From the NCBI RefSeq assembly GCF_032191835.1, contig NC_083241.1:310001-374000 (forward strand): a stretch of 64,000 bases of DNA, written 5' to 3'. Below are positions 1-13,700 of this stretch, piece after piece (position 1 is the stretch's first letter; each line of letters starts with the position of its first letter). Origin of the DNA: Heteronotia binoei. Lineage: Eukaryota. The notes under the pieces are model-generated. The model had not been told where the DNA came from. It did no database searches and was given only the letters and a program-made list of their open reading frames with translations. Made by a program: the position numbers and the translations under genes.

Positions 1-449
1 CCTCACGTGGCAGAGGTGGGGCGGACTGTCCCCAAGACAGATTCTCTGGGCACGGAGAAGAACTCTTCTTCTCTTGCATGCTGCTGTTGACCAGGGAGGC
101 ATAGCCCAAGAAGAGCTACATCTTAACCTGGAGACTCCATCTGGTCCTCAGCCAGGGGCAAGGGGGAGAAGTCCCAACTCTGAGGATGAAGATAATGATG
201 GACTTTAAACTACCGCTAGTTCATGCAGAGCTATCCTGTCCTAGTGGAACATTGTTTAGGGTAAGTAGGGAAAGGGGACTACATGTTCTCACCTTTTCTT
301 TGTTCCTGCACTCAGCCTAAATGCTTCAACAGCTTACAAAAACACCTACATTTTTCTTCAGTCCATCTGCTTATCTCTGGAATGCCTGAAGCCTGGAAAT
401 GGTAATCTGAGTGCTGTTGAGTTGTCTGTTTATAAAATGTTTTTATTGT

Positions 450-923
450 TGTCAAGCATGATTGTTTTGATCCATTATTAAGTTTAATTACTACCCTTTC
501 TGTATTACTTCATTTCCCATTGCTGCATATCAAAGCTAAATAACCCCTCTCAGTTCTCACCTCCCTTTTTCCTGTTCCCACCTTTGAGTAGCAAATGCAG
601 GAATGCCTTGCTTTGATGATAGAGAAAAGGAGGCGCCTCCCGAGAAGGTCTCCCAGTCAATACTTATCAACAGTAATAAGAATGCATGAGACCCTGGGAA
701 GTTTTAACCGCAAAGATAGTAGTTTGCATATTTGTAATAGTTCATACGTTATGTCTTTAAGCTATCTTCTCTATACTCTTTGATGTAACCTTTAAAGCTT
801 CATACTGTGGGTAACTTTGTATCACTTTCAAGGTGTTCCACCTTGAAGCAACAATGGATTATCAATAAACTGAGACTTTGTATTCACCAACTGCTTAGTT
901 ATTTGAAACTTCCATGCTTGACA
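450..923 (+). mobile_element. Solo LTR (474 bp) inserted in a retroposon tail
   Basis: TGTCAAGCATG...CATGCTTGACA perfect 11-bp terminal inverted repeat; TSD attgt/aatgt; AATAAA at ~864. Confidence 0.8.
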
Positions 924-1710
924 AATGTATTTTATTGTTTTATTATATGTTGCACTCTGCCCTGAGCCCTACGGGGAATGGGCGGAAGAGAAATTACTAA
1001 AACAAACAGATAAACAAACACGCCACCCCTGCTCAGTTCTGCTCTCTGAAAAGCGGTCTCTGGGAGGGAGGGACAGTGGAAACGCCAGAGGGCAACACTG
1101 CTGTCACTTTTGTGTTTTTACAGGTTTAACCCCTGGCTGAGCAAGAAGACAAGATGAGGGGACTGGCCAGGAGTTCACCATCTCCCATCTTTATCCCGTG
1201 GGTCCAAATGATAGGTCACAAAAAAACTCAATCACAGTAAATATCTAAAGAAGAATGACCCAGTGCTGGCAATGGAGCTATGGACCACTACACCTTACAA
1301 CTCTAAACATTACAGTTTGCAAGTAAAAGAGGATCCACTAAAACTGAAAATAAAAAACACCAACCCTCCCTCCACTGGGGTGTGTGTTTAAGGCTAAGAG
1401 GAATTCTACTGGACTTGCCCACACCTGCCTTGTCACGAGCTCCTCTGGGGCCAACCCAGCTGCCCAGGCTGTTCCCATCCAGGAGGGACCAATGCCAGTG
1501 CGGGTGGCTGTGTGGCAACTCCTCATTCCCACCCCCCCCACAAGATCACAAATGGGGAAAAGCAGACAAGCTGGTGAGTTGCAGAGGGACACAACACAGC
1601 TAACCATTCACCCACGAGGGAGGGAGGGAGGGAGGGGAGCAGGGACCCAGCATGCTCAGGAATTGTTATGGGGGGGTGGGGGGAAGTATCAAATTAAGAC
1701 GCAAACATAC

Positions 1711-1773
1711 CATTAGTTGGATGCTTTGCAAATGACACAGAAAACCGCTTTACAGCTGGCATAGACAAGAGCT
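1711..1773 (-). CDS. PPIP5K1: PPIP5K1 exon 26, 63-nt cassette-type exon ([21 protein letters not shown])
   Basis: ttctcAG / GTATGT boundaries, symmetric phase 1-1; matches remembered human [21 protein letters not shown]. Confidence 0.9.
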
Positions 1774-4700
1774 CTGAGAAAACAAGAAGACAGCATCACT
1801 TCAGTTAGTCTCCACTGGCAGCTGCCACCCTCAGCCCCTACCCAGGGCTCCATGGCAGCAGGGGCTCCCCAACCCAAGCCCTGGCACCTGATCCCTGCAC
1901 AAACGGTGGCAGTCTCAAGGGCAGCGGAGGGCACACAGAGCCCACACAGCAGAGGGAGGAGGAGGACAGGCCAGGCCAGGCCCTCCCTACAGCACTTCTT
2001 CTGGAAACGGGGCTGGCTTCCACCCAGCACCAGGTGAGACCCAGTCCCAAGGCTGGGTCAGTGGAGAGCAGCTCCCAGAGTCCCGGCTCACATGGAAGGG
2101 CATGCAGAGCATTTCTACAGGGTCTCCCCACATTTCTTCCGCTTGGGAAATCCCTGGCCACCTGGGGGCCATGCTCAGGGCAGGGAGATAATTCCATGGA
2201 ATACACCCCCTAAAACCCCCAGGAGAACTGCTCTCTGCAATCTGGAGATCAGGCCCCACCAAGAGGTTGGTAGCCTTGCCCCCCGCCCAATATAGGACAC
2301 CTGGTAATTCCAGAGGCCGTTAGACAAGGGCAAATTTGTGCTGCCTGCACTAGCTAGCGTTGCCAACTGTCCAGGAGAGGGAGGAAATCATCCCTTTTGC
2401 TTTTACTTCACTTATTCCTCATTTTGCCCTGACCCAGATGGCCGACGTTAGCCAACTCTTATCAAATCTGAGAGGTTAGACAGGGTCCCAAGACCCCCAA
2501 GGAAGGCCCAGGCAGCCCCTGTCTGCACGTCTCTGGCCTTGAAAACCCCACCAGGGGGCAGCAGCAGTTGGCTTCCCCTGGATGGCACTTTCCACCCCAC
2601 CTCCCACAACAACCCTGAAGGCAGGTGAGGCCTAGTGTGCAGGACTGGCGAAAGGCTGCCCTAAAGTGGCTGGCAATACCCCCCCCACAACAACCCTGAA
2701 GGCAGGTGAGGCCTAGTGTGCAGGACTGGCGAAAGGCTGCCCTAAAGTGGCTGGCAATACCCCCCCCCCCCCACAACCCTGAAGGCAGGTGAGGCCTAGT
2801 GTGCAGGACTGGCGAAAGGCTGCCCTAAAGTGGCTGGCAATACCGCCCCCCCACAACAACCCTGAAGGCAGGTGAGGCCTAGTGTGCAGGACTGGCGAAA
2901 GGCTGCCCTAAAGTGGCTGGCAATACCCCCCCACAACAACCCTGAAGGCAGGTGAGGCCTAGTGTGCAGGACTGGCGAAAGGCTGCCCTAAAGTGGCTGG
3001 CAATACCCCCCCCCCAACAACCCTGAAGGCAGGTGAGGCCTAGTGTGCAGGACTGTTGAAAGGCTGCCCTAAAGTGGCTGGCAATACCCCCCCCCCCAAC
3101 AACCCTGAAGGCAGGTGAGGCCTAGTGTGCAGGACTGGCGAAAGGCTGCCCTAAAGTGGCTGGCAATACCCCCCCACAACAACCCTGAAGGCAGGTGAGG
3201 CCTACTGTGCAGGACTGGCGAAAGGCTGCCCTAAAGTGGCTGGCAATACCCCCCCCTCAACAACCCTGAAGGCAGGTGAGGCCTAGTGTGCAGGACTGGC
3301 GAAAGGCTGCCCTAAAGTGGCTGGCAATACCCCCCCCCCCACAACAACCCTGAAGGCAGGTGAGGCCTAGTGTGCAGGACTGGCGAAAGGCTGCCCTAAA
3401 GTGGCTGGCAATACCCCCCCCACAACAACCCTGAAGGCAGGTGAGGCCTAGTGTGCAGGACTGGCGAAAGGCTGCCCTAAAGTGGCTGGCAATACCCCCC
3501 CCCCACAACAACCCTGAAGGCAGGTGAGGCCTAGTGTGCAGGACTGGCGAAAGGCTGCCCTAAAGTGGCTGGCAATACCCCCCCACAACAACCCTGAAGG
3601 CAGGTGAGGCCTAGTGTGCAGGACTGGCGAAAGGCTGCCCTAAAGTGGCTGGCAATACCCCCCCACAACAACCCTGAAGGCAGGTGAGGCCTAGTGTGCA
3701 GGACTGGCGAAAGGCTGCCCTAAAGTGGCTGGCAATACCCCCCCACAACAACCCTGAAGGCAGGTGAGGCCTAGTGTGCAGGACTGGCGAAAGGCTGCCC
3801 TAAAGTGGCTGGCAATACCCCCCCCCACAACAACCCTGAAGGCAGGTGAGGCCTAGTGTGCAGGACTGGCGAAAGGCTGCCCTAAAGTGGCTGGCAATAC
3901 CCCCCCACAACAACCCTGAAGGCAGGTGAGGCCTAGTGTGCAGGACTGGCGAAAGGCTGCCCTAAAGTGGCTGGCAATACCCCCCCCTCAACAACCCTGA
4001 AGGCAGGTGAGGCCTAGTGTGCAGGACTGGCGAAAGGCTGCCCTAAAGTGGCTGGCAATACCCCCCCCCCCGCCACAACAACCCTGAAGGCAGGTGAGGC
4101 CTAGTGTGCAGGACTGGCGAAAGGCTGCCCTAAAGTGGCTGGCAATACCCCCCCCACAACAACCCTGAAGGCAGGTGAGGCCTAGTGTGCAGGACTGGCG
4201 AAAGGCTGCCCTAAAGTGGCTGGCAATACCCCCCCCTCAACAACCCTGAAGGCAGGTGAGGCCTAGTGTGCAGGACTGGCGAAAGGCTGCCCTAAAGTGG
4301 CTGGCAATACCCCCCCCCTCAACAACCCTGAAGGCAGGTGAGGCCTAGTGTGCAGGACTGGCGAAAGGCTGCCCTAAAGTGGCTGGCAATACCCCCCCAC
4401 AACAACCCTGAAGGCAGGTGAGGCCTAGTGTGCAGGACTGGCGAAAGGCTGCCCTAAAGTGGCTGGCAATACCCCCCCACAACAACCCTGAAGGCAGGTG
4501 AGGCCTAGTGTGCAGGACTGGCGAAAGGCTGCCCTAAAGTGGCTGGCAATACCCCCCCACAACAACCCTGAAGGCAGGTGAGGCCTAGTGTGCAGGACTG
4601 GCGAAAGGCTGCCCTAAAGTGGCTGGCAATACCCCCCCCTCAACAACCCTGAAGGCAGGTGAGGCCTAGTGTGCAGGACTGGCGAAAGGCTGCCCTAAAG

Positions 4701-7700
4701 TGGCTGGCAATACCCCCCCCTCAACAACCCTGAAGGCAGGTGAGGCCTAGTGTGCAGGACTGGCGAAAGGCTGCCCTAAAGTGGCTGGCAATACCCCCCC
4801 CCGCCACAACAACCCTGAAGGCAGGTGAGGCCTAGTGTGCAGGACTGGCGAAAGGCTGCCCTAAAGTGGCTGGCAATACCCCCCCCACAACAACCCTGAA
4901 GGCAGGTGAGGCCTAGTGTGCAGGACTGGCGAAAGGCTGCCCTAAAGTGGCTGGCAATACCCCCCCCTCAACAACCCTGAAGGCAGGTGAGGCCTAGTGT
5001 GCAGGACTGGCGAAAGGCTGCCCTAAAGTGGCTGGCAATACCCCCCCCTCAACAACCCTGAAGGCAGGTGAGGCCTAGTGTGCAGGACTGGCGAAAGGCT
5101 GCCCTAAAGTGGCTGGCAATACCCCCCCCCTCAACAACCCTGAAGGCAGGTGAGGCCTAGTGTGCAGGACTGGCGAAAGGCTGCCCTAAAGTGGCTGGCA
5201 ATACCCCCCCCTCAACAACCCTGAAGGCAGGTGAGGCCTAGTGTGCAGGACTGGCGAAAGGCTGCCCTAAAGTGGCTGGCAATACCCCCCCCTCAACAAC
5301 CCTGAAGGCAGGTGAGGCCTAGTGTGCAGGACTGGCGAAAGGCTGCCCTAAAGTGGCTGGCAATACCCCCCCCTCAACAACCCTGAAGGCAGGTGAGGCC
5401 TAGTGTGCAGGACTGGCGAAAGGCTGCCCTAAAGTGGCTGGCAATACCCCCCCACAACAACCCTGAAGGCAGGTGAGGCCTAGTGTGCAGGACTGGCGAA
5501 AGGCTGCCCTAAAGTGGCTGGCAATACCCCCCCACAACAACCCTGAAGGCAGGTGAGGCCTAGTGTGCAGGACTGGCGAAAGGCTGCCCTAAAGTGGCTG
5601 GCAATACCCCCCCCTCAACAACCCTGAAGGCAGGTGAGGCCTAGTGTGCAGGACTGGCGAAAGGCTGCCCTAAAGTGGCTGGCAATACCCCCCCACAACA
5701 ACCCTGAAGGCAGGTGAGGCCTAGTGTGCAGGACTGGCGAAAGGCTGCCCTAAAGTGGCTGGCAATACCCCCCCCTCAACAACCCTGAAGGCAGGTGAGG
5801 CCTAGTGTGCAGGACTGGCGAAAGGCTGCCCTAAAGTGGCTGGCAATACCCCCCCCCCACAACAACCCTGAAGGCAGGTGAGGCCTAGTGTGCAGGACTG
5901 GCGAAAGGCTGCCCTAAAGTGGCTGGCAATACCCCCCCACAACAACCCTGAAGGCAGGTGAGGCCTAGTGTGCAGGACTGGCGAAAGGCTGCCCTAAAGT
6001 GGCTGGCAATACCCCCCCACAACAACCCTGAAGGCAGGTGAGGCCTAGTGTGCAGGACTGGCGAAAGGCTGCCCTAAAGTGGCTGGCAATACCCCCCCCT
6101 CAACAACCCTGAAGGCAGGTGAGGCCTAGTGTGCAGGACTGGCAAAAGGCTGCCCAGTGAGCTTCTGGGCCAAGTGGGGATTGGAAGCAGAGCCTCCCGG
6201 ATCCAAGCCCCCACCCATCTCTGCACTGGCTCTCGCCTGCCATGAAACAAGGGCTGGAAATGGGCCGGGGCAAACAACATCCCATTCAGCCTCTTAAAAG
6301 GACTGGACACTTTTCCTCCAGGCTGTTGGCAACCCCAACTCAACCCCCAGAGCAGCTTCAAAGAGACTGTGCTGCAGCTGAACCCAGGCCTGAAATCTCT
6401 GGGCTGCTTTGAGCCAGAACGGGTCACCAAGAGTGGTGCCTGAAGGGGGAGTCAGTCGCCTGGCAACCTGGAGAACCTCCTTTGGGGAGGAGGAGAGCTG
6501 AGTGTTGCCAACAGGCCTGGAAGTAGATGCCCTGCCCCTTCGTGTGGGGAAATGGGCAGCTGCGGCTGTCATGGCCTAGAGGAAAGCCAGCATCCCATTC
6601 AGCCTCCGCCAAAGGGGGCAGGGCAGCTTCCCTCCAGGCTGGGCCGTCCAACAAGAGGAGCAGGAGAGACCAAGGGCCGGGCTGGGATTGGGCTGGGCCT
6701 GGCCACCCTCCCGGGGCTCAAGAAAATGCAAGGCCTCCAGGACGGGAGGCAAGAAGCTTCTTGCCAATGGCTCCTCCTGGCCCCCCACCAATCGTAGCCA
6801 AACAGCACAAAGTGGGGCAGAGTGCACAGAGCGGGAAGGCCCCTTGAGAGGACAAAAAAGATCACCCCTAAGAGGTGTGGGGGTGGGTCATTGGGGGGGG
6901 GGGGGAGATAGAGGTATGAAGGAATGCTGAGAGAGGTTGACAATATATAAACCTATATCTCTGTCAAGGGAAGCAATATGCAATGATTCTATGATTCCAC
7001 AATATGCAATGATTCTATGATTCCACTCTGCAAGGTTAGAATTGCTAAATGCAATCTGTTTCCTAAACTACCTTTTAAAAATTAGCATCTGAACCCCAAC
7101 TGAGGCAGGCTTGAAGGGTGGGGGACAACCACCCCTGTGAACTTGAACCCACATTCCCCTGCTCTTGCTCCCAGGCACAGAAAAGCCCCTCTGCCCCCCC
7201 CCCTCAGGAGGAGAAGCCAGCTTCCTGCAGCTCCTGGGGCCTGGCCCCCACTGTGCACAGAGAGTGGCTGCTGCTGCTGCGAATACAAGCAAATGCCCAA
7301 ACCAAGAAGCTGGAAAATACCCCCCCCCCCCCACACACACACACCAATGCAGGAGGAGGAGGAGAAGCGTCCAAAACAGGCAGCTCTTTATCTGTCTCAG
7401 AAACAGAGCCCCACAGCCCAGGGCACATTTCCATCTCTACAAAAGAGAGAGGGTCAAATCAAGGAAAGGGACGTTTTGAAGGGCAAAAACAAGAGGCTTT
7501 TCTCTGCCAGTTATCATTTTGCAGTCTCTCAAATGGGTGAAAGGAAGACAACTTTCAAATGCTACAAGGACTCTCTCACAGACACGGATATGCACCTAGC
7601 GGCAGCCACAGAGAGCCCAGTCTCCTGTAGCTCTGGCCTCTCCGACCTCCTGCCCCCACCCCGCGAGAAAGACCCTGTCCCCCAGGAGAAGGAGGCTGCC

Positions 7701-10700
7701 TCCCCACGGCCCTTCCCTGCTCCAGCAGCTCCCCTCAAAGCACAAGCAGGGCCAGCCCAGCCCTCCCCTCTGGAAGGCCATCTGACCGCGCCCCTCGCTC
7801 GCTCTTGGCCTCCCAGGGATCAGGTGCCTGATGAAGAGGACGCACCTACCATCTTTGTACAGAAAGCCGGAGGCAAACTTTTTCCCATGGCTGCGAGCGT
7901 AGTCCTGGAGGTTTGGGGCGCTGGAGGAGCCTCCGAGGACCGTGGTGCTGAAGAGCCCCGTGCACTGTGACCCTGGAAAGGCACGGCACTCTGTTAGCCT
8001 CACACACTCACCATGTGTGGCTCACGTGCTTCTGGGTTAGGGAGCTGGGGGGAGATGGGCACAGCTCTGCCAAGGAGGCCTCCCAGCACCCCCTGGGCTC
8101 CACCAGCAGGACATCCCCCGCCCTGCCAAGGGGCACCTCAGCATCAGTTAAGTAACACACAGCAGAGCAGAGAGGAGCTAGGCAAGCCCCTGCAAAGGAA
8201 GCACAGCCGCTCCCAAGACAGCCTGCCAGAAGACTTTGCAAGTTTCTCCCAGCCCAGGTGTGGAGGGGGGGTGAGTCCAGGGCCTGCCACAGCCATCGAC
8301 ATCCCAGGGCAGCCCCCCCCATCCCACCCCTTCTTCAACCAGGCACCGAGCAGAGGAGGGGGAGCCAGGCAGACAGCAAGAAGCCACCACTGCCAGGCCC
8401 ACAGAAGCTGGGACTGCCAAGGAACCCAGGCCAGAAGAAAGGCCGGGGGATGGGGAGGAAAGAAAGGGGGAGAAATGCAAAATCGGGGCCTCAGCAAAAA
8501 TCTGAGAAGTGGTCCCAGAGGAGATACAGGAAGCAGGCTCAAATTAAGACGAGAAAGAGCCTGCGCTTCTTAAGAGAAGGCAGAATCAAGTGGCAGAATT
8601 CACTGCTCCAGGACTGGGGGGGGGGGGGGGCGGGCATCAGCCTCAATGCCTTGGAAAGGTCTCTCAGGCATGGCCATGACAAACCAGGCAAGCTAGATGT
8701 ATGGGTGGCGGGGGGGGGGGGGGCTTCTCTCAAGACAAAGCCCTCTCTGCAGAAGAGCAGCAGGGTCTGTGCAAAGGGCCTCCTCCTGGCAGGAATCTGT
8801 TACCCAGCCTGCAAACGAGGCAAGTCCCAGACTGTGCAAGCTGCTTGACCAGTCATCTGGCAGACAAACCCTCTGAGACCTCTCCACTTCACAAGACCCA
8901 CCCCAGCAACCCCTGGGACAGTCCTCAATGAAACCCTGCAACACTTGTCTTGGACCCTGGGACCAGCCTCTCCTGGTGCAGCCCCCAAAGCACCTGCTGG
9001 CCATCCCTAGCCCAGAGCGTTTGGCTGTCCTCGGTCAGAGCCACGGCTTTTTTGGCCCTGGTCTGGCGGAACTCTCTGCCAAGTAAGGTTGAGGCTTTGA
9101 GGGCCTGTAAGATGGAGATGCTCCAACAGGCCCATGTTTGTAGACGGTGACACTTTTAAACCAGGCTGACTTCCTTCTCCCCTCCCTCTCTCTTACTGCC
9201 AGGATATGAGGGGCACTACTGGCGCTCTCTTTAGGGACCATCTTACTGTTTATTGATCAGTAAAAACTGTACATTTTAGAACTGTTTTAAATGTCTGTCA
9301 GAGTGTTACCTGCCCTGAGCCCTGCTATGCAGGGGAGGGCGAGTTATAAATCTAATGAACCAATAAATGCCCCTCCTCTGCTGCCTGACAGTCCTCCCAG
9401 TGGTGCTGCCCTCTTTCCCCACTCCTCCCCACAGGCCCAGGCTCAGGAACCCAGACAGAAATCTCTGCATACATGCAGTCCACTGCGGCCTTTCCTGCCT
9501 GGGCTCAGAGGGGAAAGAGGTCCTTTCTCTGGGACTCTTATATTTCGTCTGGCTCCTTCTAGCTCTGCCTTTGGTTTCCCTGAAGAGCAGCAGTTGCTAT
9601 GCTCTAAGAAAGAGTCTGATCCTCACCCACCCTTCACCCCGCAAAGCTGCATTCCCCTTCCCTCAGGTCTACAGAGATGATGACGTACACTGAGGCACAC
9701 AACTGCACGACACCAGCAGGCACACGAGCACGGAAAAGGCTTCTTCCCAGGAGCAAGGTGATGCCTGCAGATGTGCATGGAAGCATGCAATGTGGGGCCC
9801 AGGGGAGAAGGACTGCGCTTCCTGGTGGATGCCAAATCTGAAGGCTCCCCCCTTTTTCCTTGGGCTTGCAAAAGCTCCTGTTTGGCTTTCGGGGACCCTA
9901 CAATTCTGCTCCAGAGAACAGGACACAGTAATGGAGAGACGGAGCAGCCCTACACAGTGATCTCTGCTGGCAGAGCCGCTCTCATGTCTGCTGCCGGGGG
10001 GGGCGGAGCCTGAGCTTCCTTCCCAACAAAAGGGCACAGCCCCCCCCCCCCCCGAGTTCTCTATGCATCAGAGCCAGGCTGGTGGAGGAGAGGCAGTGGC
10101 CAGTACCTAAGCCGCTCTGCTTCACTTCCGAGGAGTGTCTGGAGTAGGAGAAGAGGCGATACCCTCCTCCGGCTTTGGACGAGGACTCGGACAGCACCTG
10201 CAGGAAAACAGTCCTCAGTAGACAGCCATCTACAGAAACACCCCCCCGCCAACACTCAGTGGGACAGGGGTGCAAAATGAAACCCAGCCTATGGGGGGAA
10301 AGGGGAAACCCCACACCAAGTCCACTGGAAGCTGGAAAAGGGCTCATCTTGATGGATGTCCCTTAAATGACCAGTCGAACCAGACATGATTTAGGACACA
10401 GGGAAGCTGAAAGCTTCAGGGGCCCCTTGCAAAGCCCCACCTCAAGATCCCGTTACCTCCATGGAGCCAGTCTTGCGGTTGCGGATCAAAGGCGATCGTC
10501 GCTGCACGGAGACCAGCTCTGCAGGCTGCGGGGACAGCTGCTGCTGGGCCTGGTCTGCCTCATCAGTCCCCTGCGCCTTGGCCACACTGCCCAGGCTCCC
10601 CTGCTCAGGCTTCTTGGCTTCCTTCTGCAGGGAAGCAGGGGCAGGAGCAATCAGCCTTGCCCTGGAGCCACCAGCCTGGCCTGGCCTGGAAGAGCCAAGG

Positions 10701-13700
10701 AGGCCACCACGCCAGGAAGGGAGGGGGGCAGAGGCTGGGCAGGCCAGCCAGAGACTCACCTCTGCTGACGCAGGGCGGAACCCAGAGCCCGCCGGGGCAC
10801 TGCCGTCCTCCTCGCAGCCCTTCACTCCCGGGCTGAAATGCAACTCCACGTGGAACCTCTCCTCAGAAGAGGGGTCCTGCCAAAACAGCCAGGTCTGCTG
10901 ATGCAGAGGCCCTGGGTCCCCAGCCCCTCTCCCCCCCACACACACACCCCTCTGCCCCTCGCCCTCACCTTATTGTTATCCTCGTAGAGCATGACCACAA
11001 TCTGAGTCATGTAGTTCAGCTCCGAAATGGCACTCAAGTAGTCCATGGCCCTCTTCCACTGGGCATCTCTCAATTCCTGCCATGTCAACACAAAGCCACA
11101 GAAGGAGGCAGTGGATTCCCATCATACCCGGTTCTGCCCCAGCTGCCTTCCAACAGGGAACACGAGAGCCCAGGAGGAAACTGTTTACCCCCTTGATGTT
11201 ATAGAGTAAAGAACCGGCTTCCACAAAGTCGGGGGGGGAACAGTATTTGTGCTGCCCTTCCACAGAAGCACAAAGTAAGGATGCTGCTGTGCAACACACA
11301 CACACATCCCCCCCACCCCTGTTCAAAAATAAGCCTGTGTGCCACACACACAAACACACACACACAAGAATCAGTACACACAGACTTAGGTTTGAAGGGC
11401 CTCATTTCATTTTTATTCATACTACTTTCTGTCTGTGCATTCCAGAAATACAGCTCCAGAAGAATCCTAGCTTCCAGCATTAAAATTCTGCTCCAGTAAA
11501 TATTTCTGGATCCAATATCCAGAAAGAAATTTGGCAAATGACATGGTAACTGAGTGCTGTTGAGTTGTCTGTTTATAGAATGTTTTTATTGTATTTTATT
11601 GTTTTATCATATGTTGCACTCCGTCCTGAGCCCTATGGGGAATGGGCAGAATAGAAATATACTAAAATAAATAAAGGAGAATTTCATAAGCATCTCTACC
11701 GAGAAAGGCAGGTTTGTGGTACAACTCCCTTTCCACACAAGAAAGATCTGTCCCATTTTCCCCACCAAGTATCCCATGCTCACATTTGCCCACAAGCTAA
11801 CTTCAGGGCTTCAGTGAAAGGAGGACTCCATGGCTAGTGGACCAGCCAGATTTTCATAGCTTCTTGACCAGCATTGGCTGAGGAGCCCAGAGAGGGTCTC
11901 TCTGTACTTTAGCCATTTATCTGATTCCCACAACTTCATGACAACCAGGTCACTTACCGGTCGGTCTCTAGAGAGAAGTCTCTCTTACGTGACTGTGACA
12001 CTGGAGGTGGATTGGCAAGATACGAACTGGGGGCTGAGACACCTCCTCAGGACAAGGGAAGCCTTTTCAAAACATCTGTATATGCCCCACTGCCCACAGA
12101 GCAAGGAGGCGGCAAAACCCACACAAAGATACCTTCCTCCACCAGTGAATGGAGGAGAATCCTGTGGCCTCATCACTGAACTTTGATGTGCCTTTCTGGA
12201 GCCAGGTGATGGAGAGGATAACAGAGCCACTCCTGGCATCTGCCCAAGACCTCTTTCAGCCTGGGCTCAGACCTGGCTACAGGACAGAGGCAGCCCTCGT
12301 GGCCTTAGTCAAGGATGCCTGACCCAACACAGACACCTCTGTTGCTTTTACTGGATTTGTCTTCAGCCTTGGAGACTATGGGGGGAGGGGCTTCCATTTT
12401 ACTGAGGCATTTGGAGGCAGATGTTTTGGACTGGCTTAATGTTTTGGACTGGGTTGTTCCGATCAAAGGGGGGAGAGAAATGAGGAGAATGATGTCAGCT
12501 GCCCAACACTTCAATCGTTCCTCAGAATGTGCAAAACCAAAATGTTCAGGAGTGTATTTTTACAAATCATAATGTTAGTATAATGAAAAAGCACAGGAGG
12601 CCACCTCTGTGAGGAACAGTGATGTAGTCTATTGCACTACTCTTGCCCTGTGGATTATCCCCTCACTTTTTATTGAAGTGTCCAAGGAACCCCCTCCCCT
12701 CCCCCACAGCATGCCAGGCTCCAGACCGACGGGGTGTGTGTGTTTGCCTTGTGTTGCCATCAGCCAAAGACCCTTTGTGGGCAGCACACTTACGTCCAGA
12801 AGGCCCCCATAGCGGAACAGGCTGAGGAGGGAGTGGACGTGGCTCTCACTGGTGAAATACAAGCGCGTTCGGACATGGCGCCCCGGAGACAAGACCCCTC
12901 TGGAATACCTACGAACACAATGACCAGAAGCATCACCAGCTGCAACTCAGACAGGCCACAGAAGGCTCAAGACCAGGGGAGGGGAAACACTCACAGTCCA
13001 GCACCAAGAGGGCCTGGAAGGCAGCTCTGCTTCTGCAAAAGGCCAAGGAATTCCAGCGCCAGCACCAGACTGGGACAGGCAACAACACAAGCCACCCTTT
13101 GGCAGACACAGCCAGTGGCCACACCACCCACACGCCCATGCTGCCAGAGGCCGGCTGCAGCAAGCCCTGACCCAGCGCTGCTGCTGCAGCAGAAAATGGA
13201 GAGGCTCTGCATGCTCTGAAACCCTCCCCAGGCCAGGAGAGGCATTTCTCAGGGCCCTGCATCCCTCCCACCAAGCCCCTCCTGCACAGTCCTTACAGGG
13301 GGTGCAATTTGTTCACTGACTCATCCTCATGGGTCCTCTGGAGGTCCAGCTGGATCTTCTTGATGAGAGGCAGGCAGAAGCCAACTGCAATCTCCAGCTT
13401 CTCTTGCTTGTTAATCCCATATTCCTGCGCAGGAAGAGGTGGAAACAACAGAAGGCTGACAAGGAGATGCATCTTGCCCCAAACTTACAGCTAACCTATA
13501 ACTCCATGAATCCCACAGAATCCTCCCTACCAGTGGGGGCTAAACCAGGTGAGAACTGGAGGAGAACTCTCAGCATCTGGCTGCACTGTCCCTGGGAAGC
13601 CAGGGTGGACAGGTTTTCATATTCCAGCCAGGAGCACTAAAAAGCAGGTAACAACTGTTTGGCAGGAAGAGCCCTTCCCCACCAACTGGCCTATCCAGAG

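Noticed and set aside
2600-6157. CRISPR-like appearance of the 80-bp array (also the 79-bp arrays)
   Set aside because: Units are contiguous with no unique spacers, derive from SINEs, and lie in vertebrate introns; no cas genes.
7137-7970. 277-aa plus-strand ORF
   Set aside because: Antisense to exon 25, low complexity, no domain.
9610-9765. Possible extra PPIP5K1 exon between exons 24 and 25 (good tgcag acceptor)
   Set aside because: The required phase-1 frame hits TGA before a donor, and the peptide is not recognisable.
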